A stretch of DNA of 64,000 nt. It comes from Octopus sinensis. Its lineage: Eukaryota. Under the pieces are notes generated by a model. It saw nothing but the letters and a program-made list of their open reading frames with translations, was not told the DNA's origin and did no database searches. The translations under genes were made by a program, and so were the position numbers. The stretch spans positions 10,416,001 through 10,480,000 of the forward strand of contig NC_043023.1 of assembly GCF_006345805.1 (NCBI RefSeq). Direction: 5' to 3'. Below, in pieces: positions 26,990 to 37,876 of the stretch; the stretch's first letter is position 1; the number at the start of each line of letters is the position of its first letter.

Positions 26990-28260
26990 ATATATATCAT
27001 GGTGATCTGTATAAGGGGCATCTATACTGCTTTGCATAAAAGACACCCATACATGTACCATGTGAGAAGATCTCAACACAGTCTCTAAAGTGGTTGGCGT
27101 TAAGAAGAGTGTCCAGCTGTAGAAAGCAATCTAAATCAAGCAGGAACTGGGGGCAGCACCCCTGTTTGCCAGCACAGGTCAAACCAACCAACCCAGGGAA
27201 GCATGGTAAATGGACATTAAATGTAAAAAGCTGTGCCAAAACTGACCTTGCCTGTGATCTTGCCACTTAAAATGTACTCAATACACTCTGTAGTATGGTT
27301 GGTGTTAGGAAGAGCATCCAGCTGTAAAAGCTGAGCCAAAACAGACACACAAGTCTGGGGCAGTCTTCTGACTGACCACCTCCTACCAAACCATCCAGCA
27401 GATACTGGTATTGAAGGTGGACATTAAATGAAGGGGATCAGGAAACGAGAATCCTGGCAGTTTGCTGTGTTTGAAAAGACACATCAAGCTAAGTAAAAGC
27501 ATGGTTGCCCTTGCATACAAGCTTGTCCCTTGCAACCCCCTCCAGCTGAGCATCCCTAATCCTGCAGGCTCATGGGTGCTGATACCACGTAAAAAGCACC
27601 CAGTACATTGTGTAAAGGGTTTGTGTTAGAAAGGGCATCCAGCAATAGAAACTATTTTAAGATAGAGATGGGGCCTGATCAGCCCTTCAGCTGGTTAGCT
27701 CCTTTCAAACCATTCAACCCATGCCAGTGTCTAAAATGGAATTTAAATGATGATGAAGTAATAATTTTAAATTTGTATATAGACATTGCAGTATGCCATT
27801 TAAAGCCTGCTCACTGTATTTGGCTATCTGATGTCATCAACAATATGGATTGAAATGACAATGGATTTACTGTAGGAATTCCTTCATGTCCCTAGAGTTT
27901 AAACAATGAAAGGAAAGGAAATAGAATTTACAAGTCTATGATACTCTGTGATCATTGCAACCCATCATGCATCATTGCCTTGCAGGTGTGTCTTGTCAGG
28001 TGTGCTTTGTCAGGTGACTTGTCAAAAGGTACCACATAATTTAATTTTCTTTCCTTTTTTCATTAGAATTCTTTCTAGTTCGAATGTGTCAATGATTTTT
28101 CAGTTCCCCTACCACATCCTCTCACAAGGCTTATTGCCACTTGGGACTGAACGAGTGACTTATGTGGTTAAGCCAACATCTTATACACAACCATGCACTT
28201 CTATAGCCATGTCTATATAAAAATGTAGTAAAACTCTCACTGTTTTAATCTCTCTAATTC
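26990..28260 (+). repeat. Duplicated upstream block X (decayed SINE/RTE-tail pieces)
   Basis: Collinear with 58620-61260 (which carries two extra insertions) and partly with 43030-44960. Confidence 0.85.
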
Positions 28261-28314
28261 CGAATTATCTTGTATGTTTTACACTGTTGTTTCTCTTTCG
28301 TTTCAGATTATCAG

Positions 28315-28410
28315 ATGACATCTGCTTCACAAGAGTTTTATATAAGCAACGTCATTAGAATGGAAAGTCTTTTGAAGACTGAGCAAAGATGTTATACAAA
28401 ACACGTATAA
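28315..28410 (+). other. 31-codon upstream ORF MTSASQEFYISNVIRMESLLKTEQRCYTKHV (also 33402-33497, 45014-45109, 51460-51555, 61283-61378)
   Basis: Starts 8 nt after acceptor tttcag in four copies; same length and open in all five. Confidence 0.6.
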
Positions 28411-28981
28411 CCCTGTTTCTATAAATATTTACTGAATTACTGCAAAATATATCTTCTGAACTGACATATGTTATGAAATTTCTCTTCTTTATTGTCTGGA
28501 GTACACGGAAAATTATATTTGTATTTGAATTAATCCTTTAGCATTTGTACTGGCCGTATCAGTCCCAAACGTTCAAGCTATTTTATGTTAAAACTGCCCA
28601 CATCTGGCCTCTTATACTCACCTGGCAATGTCATATAAACATAAAGAATCACATCCTTGAAATCTTAAAGCAATAAGATAATGAATGATTAATTCAGAAA
28701 AATTTGAATAAATAATCATTACATTCGACAGAGTAATCTGCGTGTTAATGAGAAGTAATTAAGAAGGCAGTTTGCAGCATCTTCAGATATTAACAAAGAT
28801 CACTATTGATGGAGATATATCAGTAGAAATATTTGTTTAGAGCAATATACGAGAAGAAGGAAAACCTTTGTGTACTGTGACGAGAGAAAGGAAAATTATG
28901 GAAAATGAATTATATCGGAGTGAAGTTGAATGTAAAAGAGAGTCTGAAGAAATTGATTTTTCTGATGAGTAGAAGAATGAA

Positions 28982-30100
28982 ATGGGCAAAACAGCATTTG
29001 ATTGTGATATCTGTGGCAAGTCGTTCTCTCGGAAAGCTAAGTTAGTCATTCACGAACGTACTCATACAGGAGAAAAACCATATCACTGTGAAATCTGTGG
29101 TAAATCTTTCTCTCGAAACGAAAACTTAACTAGGCACAAGAGTGGTGTTCACACTGGAGAAGCACCATATCACTGTGAAATCTGTGACAAATCGTTTTCT
29201 CAAAACGATCACTTAACTATGCACAGGCGTGTTCATACAGGAGAAAAACCATATCACTGTGAAATCTGTGGTAAATCTTTCTCTCGAAACGATACCTTAA
29301 CCAAGCACAAGCGTGTTCATACAGGAGACAAGCCATATCACTGTGATATCTGTGGTAAAATATTATCTCAGAAAGGTAGCTTAGTCACTCACCGACGTAT
29401 TCATACAGGAGAGAAGCCATATCACTGTGATGTTTGTGGTAAATCATTTTTTGATATTCATCATTTAACTACTCACAAACGCATTCATACAGGTGAGAAG
29501 CCATATCGCTGTGATATCTGTGATATATCATTCTCTCAAAGGTATAACCTAACTAGGCACAAATACATTCATACAGGAGAAAAACCATATCACTGTGATA
29601 TCTGTGGTAAATCCTTTTCTCTAAACGATCACTTAACCAAGCACAAGCGTGTTCATACAGGAGAAAAACCATATCACTGTGAAATCTGTGGTAAATCTTT
29701 TTCTCAAAACGATACCTTAACTATGCACAGGCGTGTTCATACAGGAGAAAAACCATATCACTGTGAAATCTGTGGTAAATCTTTCTCTCAAAACGGTACC
29801 TTAACCAAGCACAAGCATTTTCATACAGGAGAAGGATCATATCACTGTGAAATCTGTGGTAAATCCTTTTCTCAAAACGATCACTTAACTATGCACAGGC
29901 GTGTTCATACAGGAGAAAAACCATATCACTGTGAAATCTGTGGTAAGTCTTTCTCTCGAAACGATACCTTAACCAAGCACAAGCATGTTCATACAGGAGA
30001 AAAACCATTTCACTGTGAAATCTGTGGTAAGTCTTTCTCTCGAAACGATACCTTAACCAAGCACAAGCATGTTCATACAGACAGAGAACACATTTCATGA
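28982..30100 (+). CDS. C2H2 zinc-finger protein, 13 fingers; leader interrupted by TAG
   Basis: 372-aa ORF ending HTDREHIS*; the paralogous start ATG (28898) is followed in frame by TAG at 28970. Confidence 0.8.
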   Translation: MGKTAFDCDICGKSFSRKAKLVIHERTHTGEKPYHCEICGKSFSRNENLTRHKSGVHTGEAPYHCEICDKSFSQNDHLTMHRRVHTGEKPYHCEICGKSFSRNDTLTKHKRVHTGDKPYHCDICGKILSQKGSLVTHRRIHTGEKPYHCDVCGKSFFDIHHLTTHKRIHTGEKPYRCDICDISFSQRYNLTRHKYIHTGEKPYHCDICGKSFSLNDHLTKHKRVHTGEKPYHCEICGKSFSQNDTLTMHRRVHTGEKPYHCEICGKSFSQNGTLTKHKHFHTGEGSYHCEICGKSFSQNDHLTMHRRVHTGEKPYHCEICGKSFSRNDTLTKHKHVHTGEKPFHCEICGKSFSRNDTLTKHKHVHTDREHIS

Positions 30101-30733
30101 GGAATAGATTCATTTCCCAAGGTACAGACTTCGTTTATGAGTTTTATTTTTCAAGCACAACATCCAAATTTTGAAAGACTCTACTACCATAACAAATGCA
30201 TCTGTGTCTTACCAAGAAGTTTATAAAGAGCAAAGGAATGCTTCTCAGTAAAGAACTCTAGACTTGTTTCTTGTGAATCAGTGGTCACGTCTACAAATAA
30301 TGGTGTCCCTGAGTCTTTTCAAAGCGATTCAGAAAACAATTATAATAATAATATTTTATCTATTCTAAATGATCTTGACATTGTTTTTGACTTTACATAA
30401 AATATTCTTTACATTCTACTGTTGTTTTATTGTCATTTATTTACAAGTATTATAAATTTTAGAGGTAAAATATTTTTCTGGAAATGAATTACAATTTATA
30501 ACATTGCTTCTATGGGAAATTATTGCTTTGCTTTATGAGTTTTCACTTTAGGAGCAATCTCCAGGAAGAAATTAACTCGTATATCAAGGCATTATTGTGT
30601 TTGACATTATTTTGGCACAAAGCCAACAATTTCAGGGGAAGGAATAAGTTGAATAACCACATGGATTAGCATGTGTGCTTTTTACATGAACTAGCACAAA
30701 TGCTTCTTTTAGGGAGTGGCATTGCATGATATA

Positions 30734-31132
30734 TCTATATATATAAAGCTGAAGTTGTCTGTGTGTGTGGCAGGTTTTGTAGCCTTCAACTAACACTATC
30801 TCTACCGAGATACTGTGGCGTATGTTGACCAAAATTGAGAGTATGATAAAAGACACCTTGCCCTTCCTTCCGTAGAAGAAAAAATTCAAATCGCACCATG
30901 TCAACACCAAAAATTATTTAGATCAGAATGGTGCTTTTTTTTCTATGAGAATCCCTAATTTTTACGATTCTTTGACTGCTGTGTCGCCGTTTTTCGGTGT
31001 ATTTCAACCAGAAAACTGTTCACTTTTAGAGAATAACAAGCTACATAATGCAAGATTTTTACTTTTCGAAAATTCCAATTCTAAAGGGTCGAAAAGAAAA
31101 TAAACCCGAGCAACGCTGGGCGATACTTCTAG
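30734..31132 (+). mobile_element. Non-autonomous Helitron (about 400 bp)
   Basis: A|TC start, 3' GC hairpin cccgagc-aac-gctggg, CTAG|T end, no TSD. Copies at 48800-49194, about 54976-55370 and 63891-64000 (partial). Confidence 0.75.
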
Positions 31133-31679
31133 TATATATATGAAGCTGTGTAACTTCTCATATATATTTGAAGGTGCATGGCTCAATCGTGAGTTCAATT
31201 TCCATTCATCTTCATCACATTGAACAATGTTAAAGGGTCAAAGTGAAATGCAGCCACATTTTCTCCACAAAACTACTTTAAAACGTTTTCCAATGGCTGA
31301 ATGACGAAACGTATTAATCTGGTTTCTGCCCTAAATATTCTGCTAAAGTAAGGATGCATCTTGTACACCAGCAAATACTCAGTGAAGTGCAAGTTAATTC
31401 ATAATTAGTCAACGCCGTTGCCAAACACTGAAGAATCTTGTTTAATAATTTGGCTAATTTAGTGAAATTCAAAAGTTACTCCAATACTGATTCGGTGTAA
31501 GGAATGGAAACCTACTTATTTCCCCTTTAATTTCTATTTACTTTCTTAAATCTCCCATACTGAAGGATTATGCTTATTAGAGCCATGCTATCCATGTCAA
31601 CCATGTACAATTACTAACATTTTCTCACACTAAACCATCCCTCTTACTAAAAATATCCTTCTTCTAGAGGATGGGGCTT

Positions 31680-32080
31680 AGTCAACGGGTACTTATTTTA
31701 TCGACACCTAAACGATGAAAGACCCAATCGACCATGGTGGAATTTGAACTGAGAACTGTGGGATGACGTCAGCGGTTAGGAAGCTGACCGGAAGAGGAAG
31801 AGTGCGTAAAGGGTTGGGGTGATTGCGCCCTTTTCGATCGGGGAAGTTGTGAGTGCAGGACGTGTCAGTGCTTCGACCAGATAAGGGATAGCATCTGCTA
31901 TTTTTAGCGTTTCGGGACGGGCCACGTGGAAGGGTACATTACTATCGGACAGATAAGGGTCAACGAAGAGAAGGTGAGTGTCTTACTTCTAATCTCCCGC
32001 ATTTACTACGAACGTAGCGACGGTCGAAATAGCGGTTAGTATTTCGTCCGGCGTGCTAACCATCCTGCCAGCTCGCCGCC
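31680..32080 (-). mobile_element. Antisense tRNA-type SINE (OR-like family) split by a 253-bp insert
   Basis: Flanks reverse-complement the intact SINE at 40326-40552; same arrangement at about 49740-50142 and 57167-57567. Confidence 0.8.
31757..32009 (+). promoter_or_regulatory. 253-bp CpG-rich insert: candidate promoter and exon 1 (copies 49819-50071, 57244-57496)
   Basis: TGACGTCA 31764, CCGGAAG 31788, CACGTG 31923, donor AAG|GTGAGT 31973/31974 (GTACGT in the other two copies); flanked by GAAC duplication. Confidence 0.65.
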
Positions 32081-32114
32081 CTGCAAAATACGTTAGATGC
32101 TTTGGGCAGATAGG

Positions 32115-32210
32115 TTGTCCAAGCGGTCACCCATCTAAGTACCCTGCAGGCTCGACATTGCTTCACTTCGGTGATCAGGCGAGACAAGGTGCAATCAGCA
32201 TTATATGGCT
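32115..32210 (-). pseudogene. 5S rRNA-derived sequence (copies 39775-39869, 50177-50272, 57602-57697)
   Basis: 39.8 kb copy reads gccatatcaagtagaatgcaccggttttcgtgcgatcatcgaagttaagcaatgtcgagcctaccaagtacttagatgggtgacc, matching about the first 95 nt of animal 5S; 3' end missing. Confidence 0.8.
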
Positions 32211-33989
32211 GTAATAACAATATTAACAGTTTCAAAACATTCGCATTTTCTGAAGGTGGTAAAGTAGAGTTTGGTCAGTCGGTCGTACAAGTTATTCTCC
32301 TTGATATAATTGTTTCTTCAGTTATCTGCTAGAAGCAAAGTTTTTATTAAAAGGCCTACTGATGGTGGTTTAGGGGACTTAGTAACTACCATCGACCTCT
32401 TGTTTTGACTGGGTCTTTATTTTATTCATCCCAAAGCAATGAAAGGTAAAATTGACATCGGTGGGATTTCGTTTCGGTAATTAAAGCAAACCAATGTATG
32501 TTTTATACATTCCCCTTTTTTATAAGTTTTTGTCAGTGATATTTCTGGTGTCAGATATTCTTTGATCTCGTCTGAAATTAATGATTTTTCTGGATGAATT
32601 TCTAGTTTTGTATCAAAACTGAAGGGGAAAGGACTATTTCGAAGATAACGAGTGAGATTAAATTGTGAGTGAAGTAATAATTTCTTCTTATTTTATATTA
32701 AATTTCGTTTTCTCTTTGTACAAACCTGTTTTGGTGGGAAATCTTAACAATATTCAAGATTTCTTTACATTTTCCCGATCATAAATGCTATTTGTAAACC
32801 TGCTGAAATTATGAAAATTAAGTTATTTATAGAAAAATATGTTTTTATGAAATTTGCTATAAATACCATTCAGAATGTGTATATTAGAATTCTATCGGAA
32901 TTTAATATGAAAATATAAATTTGGTGGGCTCGTACACGTGAAAGTTAAAATTTTTAACGAAATTCTGGACTTGTCTCAGTATGTATGTGTATTTGTGTGT
33001 CTTTGTGTTAGTGTTTCTTCCCCTCCCATTCCCGCTTAACGAACGGTGTTGGTATATTTACATCCCTGGAACTTTCGGCAGTAGACTGATAGAATGAATT
33101 CCTGGCATAAAAAAACAAGTACTTGGGTCGATCCAATCTCACTACAGATTCTTCAAGGAGATTCCCCAGCGTGGTGGCAGTCTAATGACAGAAACAACTA
33201 AAAGATAATAATAATAATAATAATTAATTCGTTTATTGGCCACAAGGGCTAACAAAAATCAATTATAACAAGCTATTTACCACACAACCACTCCTGTGCC
33301 TATAAAAAGATGTAGTAAAACTTTCACTGCTTTAATCTCTCTAATTCCTTATTATCTTGTATGTTTTACACCGTTGTTTCTCTTTCGTTTCAAATTTTCA
33401 GATGACATCTGCTACACAGAATTTTTACATATGCAACGTCATTAGAATGGAAAGTATTTTGAAGACTGAGCAAAGATGTTACACAAAACACGTATAACCC
33501 TGTTTCTATAAATATTTACTGAATTACTGCAAAATATATCTTCTGAACTCTGACATATATGTAGCAAAATTTCTCTTTATTGTCTGGAATACACAGAAAA
33601 TTATATTTGCATATTAATTAATCGTTTAGCATTAAACCTGGCCGTATCAGTCCCAAACGTTCAAGCTATTTTACGTTAAAACTGCCCACATCTGGCCTCT
33701 TCCACTCACCCTGCAATGTCATTCTAAACATAAACAATCACATCATTGAAATCTTAAAGCAATAAGATAATGAATGATTAATTCAGAAGAATTTGAATAA
33801 ATAATCATTAGATTTGACAGTGTAATCTGCGTGTTAATGAGTTAAAGTAATTAAGAAGGCAGTTTGCAGCATCTTCAGATATTAACAAAGATCACTTTTG
33901 ATGGAGATATATCAGTAGAAATATTTGATGTGAGCAATATATGAGAAGAAGGAAAACCTTTGTGTACTGTGACGAGAGAAAGGAAAATC

Positions 33990-35249
33990 ATGGAAAAGGA
34001 ATTTTGTGAAAGAACTGATTTTTCTGATGATGTAAACAATGAAAAGGGCAAAATATCATATGATTGTGATATTTGTGGTAAATTCTTCTCTAGGAAAGCT
34101 AGCTTACTCATTCACAAACGCATTCATACAGGAGAGAAGCCATATCATTGTGATATCTGTGGTAAGTCCTTCTCCCAGACTGGTTCTATAATTATTCACA
34201 AGCATAATGTTCACACAGGAGAAAAACCATATTGCTGCGAAATCTGTGGTAAATCATTCTCACAAGGTAATGACCTGACTAAGCACAGATGCGTTCATAC
34301 AGGTGAGAAGCCATGTCACTGTGATACCTGTGGTAGATCGTTCTTTCGAAATCATGTCTTGGCTAGGCACAGACGCATTCATACAGGAGAGAAGCCATAT
34401 CATTGTGATATCTGTGGTAAGTCCTTCGCTCAGACTAGTTCCGTGACTATCCACAAGCGTAACGTTCACACAGGAGAAAGACCATATCGCTGTGAAATCT
34501 GTGGTACATCATTCTCTCGAAATAATGGCTTGACTAGGCACAGACTTATTCATACAGGAGAGAAGCCATATCACTGTGATATTTGTGGTAAAACATTCAC
34601 TCAAAATAATGGTTTGACTAGGCACAGACGCATTCATACAGGAGAGAAGCCATATCACTGTGATATCTGTGGAAAATCATTCTCTGAAACTAGTCCCTTA
34701 AGTATTCACAAGTGTGTTGTTCACACAGGAGAAGAACTATATAACTGTGAATTCTGTGGTAAATCATTCTCTCAAAATAATGACTTGGTTAATCACAAAC
34801 GCATTCATACAGGAGTGAAACCATATCACTGTTATATTTGTGGTAAATCATTCTGTGAAGATATAAACTTAACTAATCACATACGTATTCACACAGGAGA
34901 GAAGCCATATCAGTGCTATATCTGTGGTAAATCATTCTCTCACGGACCCAATTTAGCTGTTCACAAACATGTTCATTCAAGTGTGAAGCCATATCACTGT
35001 GAAATCTGTGGTAAATCCTTCTCTCGAAACGATTACTTAACTTGCCATAAGCGTGTTCATACAGGAGAAAAGCCATATCACTGTGAAATCTGTGGTAAAT
35101 CATTCTCTCAAAATGAACAGTTACCTAAGCATATGCGTGTTCATACAGGAGAAAAGCCATATCACTGTGAAATCTGTGGTAAATCTTTCTCTCGAATTTA
35201 TAACTTAACTCGTCACAAACGTACTCACACAGGTGAAATGGCATATTGA
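33990..35249 (+). CDS. C2H2 zinc-finger protein, 14 diverse fingers
   Basis: First ATG in frame at 33990 ([14 protein letters not shown]...); 14 fingers; ends HTGEMAY*. Confidence 0.9.
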   Translation: MEKEFCERTDFSDDVNNEKGKISYDCDICGKFFSRKASLLIHKRIHTGEKPYHCDICGKSFSQTGSIIIHKHNVHTGEKPYCCEICGKSFSQGNDLTKHRCVHTGEKPCHCDTCGRSFFRNHVLARHRRIHTGEKPYHCDICGKSFAQTSSVTIHKRNVHTGERPYRCEICGTSFSRNNGLTRHRLIHTGEKPYHCDICGKTFTQNNGLTRHRRIHTGEKPYHCDICGKSFSETSPLSIHKCVVHTGEELYNCEFCGKSFSQNNDLVNHKRIHTGVKPYHCYICGKSFCEDINLTNHIRIHTGEKPYQCYICGKSFSHGPNLAVHKHVHSSVKPYHCEICGKSFSRNDYLTCHKRVHTGEKPYHCEICGKSFSQNEQLPKHMRVHTGEKPYHCEICGKSFSRIYNLTRHKRTHTGEMAY

Positions 35250-35764
35250 TTATATCACAAATTCTGAATGTAAACTTTGAATTACCAAAAATCCACGAGA
35301 TCCAGATAATTAACAAAGCCTGCAAACAATCACCTGACATATACATTAATGTCCAAGTACCCCATGATTGAAAACTTGTAGCTGGACCAGCAAGTGAAAC
35401 CCACCCCTTAAGCAATTTTATCAACATCCTACTGAAACCCCTTTTAAAATGTAAATGCTTCATTACAGATTACCTTGATATGCTAAACCACCTACCAGAA
35501 ACAATCGATGAAGGGGCAGTCATGGCTTCCTTCAATGTTATAAACCTGGACACTAATATCCCATATAAATATGGAATACAAGCAATTAAATTCTGGCTGG
35601 AAAACTGTCCAGAAGAACTTCCAGAGTGTGTGAATCAGGAGTTTGTTATGGAAGCTTTAAAATTTATCCTTCAGAGCAGTTAGTTTTTATTTGGTACCAC
35701 TTCCTACTGACAAAGATGTGGAATTGTGATGGGAATAAAACCAGCCCCAGTTCTTGTGAAGCTT
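35247..35764 (+). mobile_element. Penelope-like element RT fragment
   Basis: LPKIH...VAGPASETHPLSNFINILLKP...SFNVINLDTNIP...QRCGIVMGIKPAP, the PLE RT motif order, with stops. Confidence 0.85.
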
Positions 35765-35768
35765 TTAA

Positions 35769-35988
35769 CCCTTTTGTTACCAACCTGGCTGAAACCACCT
35801 CTGGTTCTGAGTACAAATGCCTTGTTTTCATAAGTTTTGAATTAAAATCTTCCACCAAACATTAGTCACAATTTATGTTCCTAACACTAGCTGAATGATA
35901 ACTAAGTTATTTTACTAAATTCTTTGTTATATCTAAAGTTATTGAAAGAAACACAGAGCATCTCAACAGAAATATGGTAACAAAAGGG
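35769..35988. mobile_element. piggyBac-type MITE, 220 bp
   Basis: Perfect 14-bp TIR CCCTTTTGTTACCA with TTAA on both sides (35765, 35989). Confidence 0.9.
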
Positions 35989-36037
35989 TTAAAATATATA
36001 ATAGAGAAACAATTCTTAGTCACCATGATATTTTTAA

Positions 36038-36262
36038 CCCTTTTGTTACCAACCTGGCTGAAACCAGCTCTGGCTCTGTAGTAACAAATGTCTTGTTTCC
36101 AAAAGTTTTGAATTAAAATCTTCCACCAAACCTTAGTCACAATTTATGTTCGTTCCTAACACTAGTTGAATGATAACTAAGTTATTTTAGTAAATTCTTT
36201 GTTATATCTAAAGTTATTGAAAGAAACACAGAGCATCTCAACAGAAATACAGTAATGAAAGG
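36038..36262. mobile_element. Second copy of the piggyBac-type MITE
   Basis: Same body, TTAA at 36034 and 36263, right TIR degenerate. Confidence 0.85.
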
Positions 36263-36595
36263 TTAATTTGATAATTCAGAAGTGCAAAAGTTTCTACTAC
36301 CATTAACAAATGCTTCTCCATGTTACTGAGAAATTTATAGAGGACAAAAATAAAAGCTTCTTCTAAGCAAACAACTTAAAAGTCCATCTATGAGTGCTTG
36401 TGAATTGGTTATTGCTTCTACAAATGATGTTGTGAGTCTAGCATGAATGAAAGTGATTCAGAAAACAATTATAATAATAATATTTTGTCTATTCTAAATG
36501 ATCTTGACATTGTTTTTGACTTTACATAAAATATTCTTTACATTCTACTGTTGTTTTATAGTCATTTATTTACAAGTATTATAAATTTTATACTC

Positions 36596-36958
36596 TTTAC
36601 TCTTTGACTTGTTTTAGTCATTTGACTGTGGCCATGCTAGAGCACTGCCTTTAGTCGACCCTAGGACTTATTGTATCAGTCTCCTTTGCCGAACTGCTAG
36701 GTTACAGGGACGTAAACACACCAGCATCGGTTGTCAAGCAATGTTGGGTGGACAAACACAGACACACAAACATACACACACATACATATACATATATACG
36801 ACGGGCTTCTTTCAGTTTCCATCTACCAAATCCACTCACAAGGCTTTGGTCGACCTGGGGCTATAGTAGAAGACACTTGCCCAAGGTGCCACGCAGTGGG
36901 ACTGAACCTGGAACCATGTCGTTGATAAACAAGCTACTTACCACACAGCCACTCCTAT
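36596..36958 (-). mobile_element. OK-like tRNA SINE in the 3' region
   Basis: Matches 11561-11962; paralogous 3' regions (e.g. about 30455-30470) show the empty site. Confidence 0.8.
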
Positions 36959-37718
36959 GCCCATAGGTAAAATATTTTTCTAGGAATGGATTACAATTTA
37001 TAACATTGCTTCTATGGGAAATGATTGCTTTGCTTTATGAGTTTTCACTTCAGGAGCAGTCTCCAGGGAGAAATTAGCTCAAATATGAAGGCATTATTGT
37101 ATCTGCCATACATGGCTCAGTGGTTAGAGCGTTAAGCCCACAATCGTGAGTTCAGTTTCTGAACCTCACTGGTTCAGCATGGCTTAGCAGATGGGTGCAG
37201 GTTTATAATTTTACCGAAGAGTAGGTTAGTCGATTCCATTGAACGCCATTGTTCAACAGGTATTTATTTCGTTGGCACCCAAAAGGATGAAAGGCAATCT
37301 CAACCTTGGCAGAATATGATCTCAGAATATAAAAACAGATGAAGTTCCACTATTTGATGTGATATCTGACCTCTGTGAATTTTCCAAGATTTTTTCTACC
37401 TCATTGTTTTGAAAATCTTTAATTCTGATGCGAGATGAATATCTGTTTTAAGTTGTTGAGTAGTGAATCAGAATTTGTTGCTCGAAGACATAGAAAAAGA
37501 ATCACTACATTCAGCAAAAGCAAAATCAACATAGTGTTTGTGCCAAGGAATTGCATATTTCTGTTTGTGAAAGTGAAAGTGATTCACACAATAACTCTAA
37601 TGGTGACAAGATAAATTTTTATCCAACTGGAACAAAAGCTTGTATACTGTTTTTGTGAAGAGACTGGACCCAGTCAGAGTCTTTTCCAGAATATAAGCAA
37701 TTCTATAGAAATAACTGT

Positions 37719-37876
37719 TATTGGCCTCCCACATGCTCAGATGAAATCCAAGCATTTTCTGCTATAAATATATTAATGAGAATAAGCAAGTTACCCAGAA
37801 TAGCAAACGATTGGAGCAGCGAAGACGCTTTTGGAGACCTGCATGTTTCCAGTATCAAGATAGAGACAGGATTTTA
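37719..37876 (+). mobile_element. piggyBac transposase remnant
   Basis: YWPPTCSDEIQAFSAINILMRISKLPRIANDWSSEDAFGDLHVSSI resembles the PGBD W...EI.AF.GI.I.MG...LP....YWS segment. Confidence 0.65.

Noticed and set aside
32115-32210. Functional 5S rRNA gene
   Set aside because: 3' end and terminator missing, and many substitutions.
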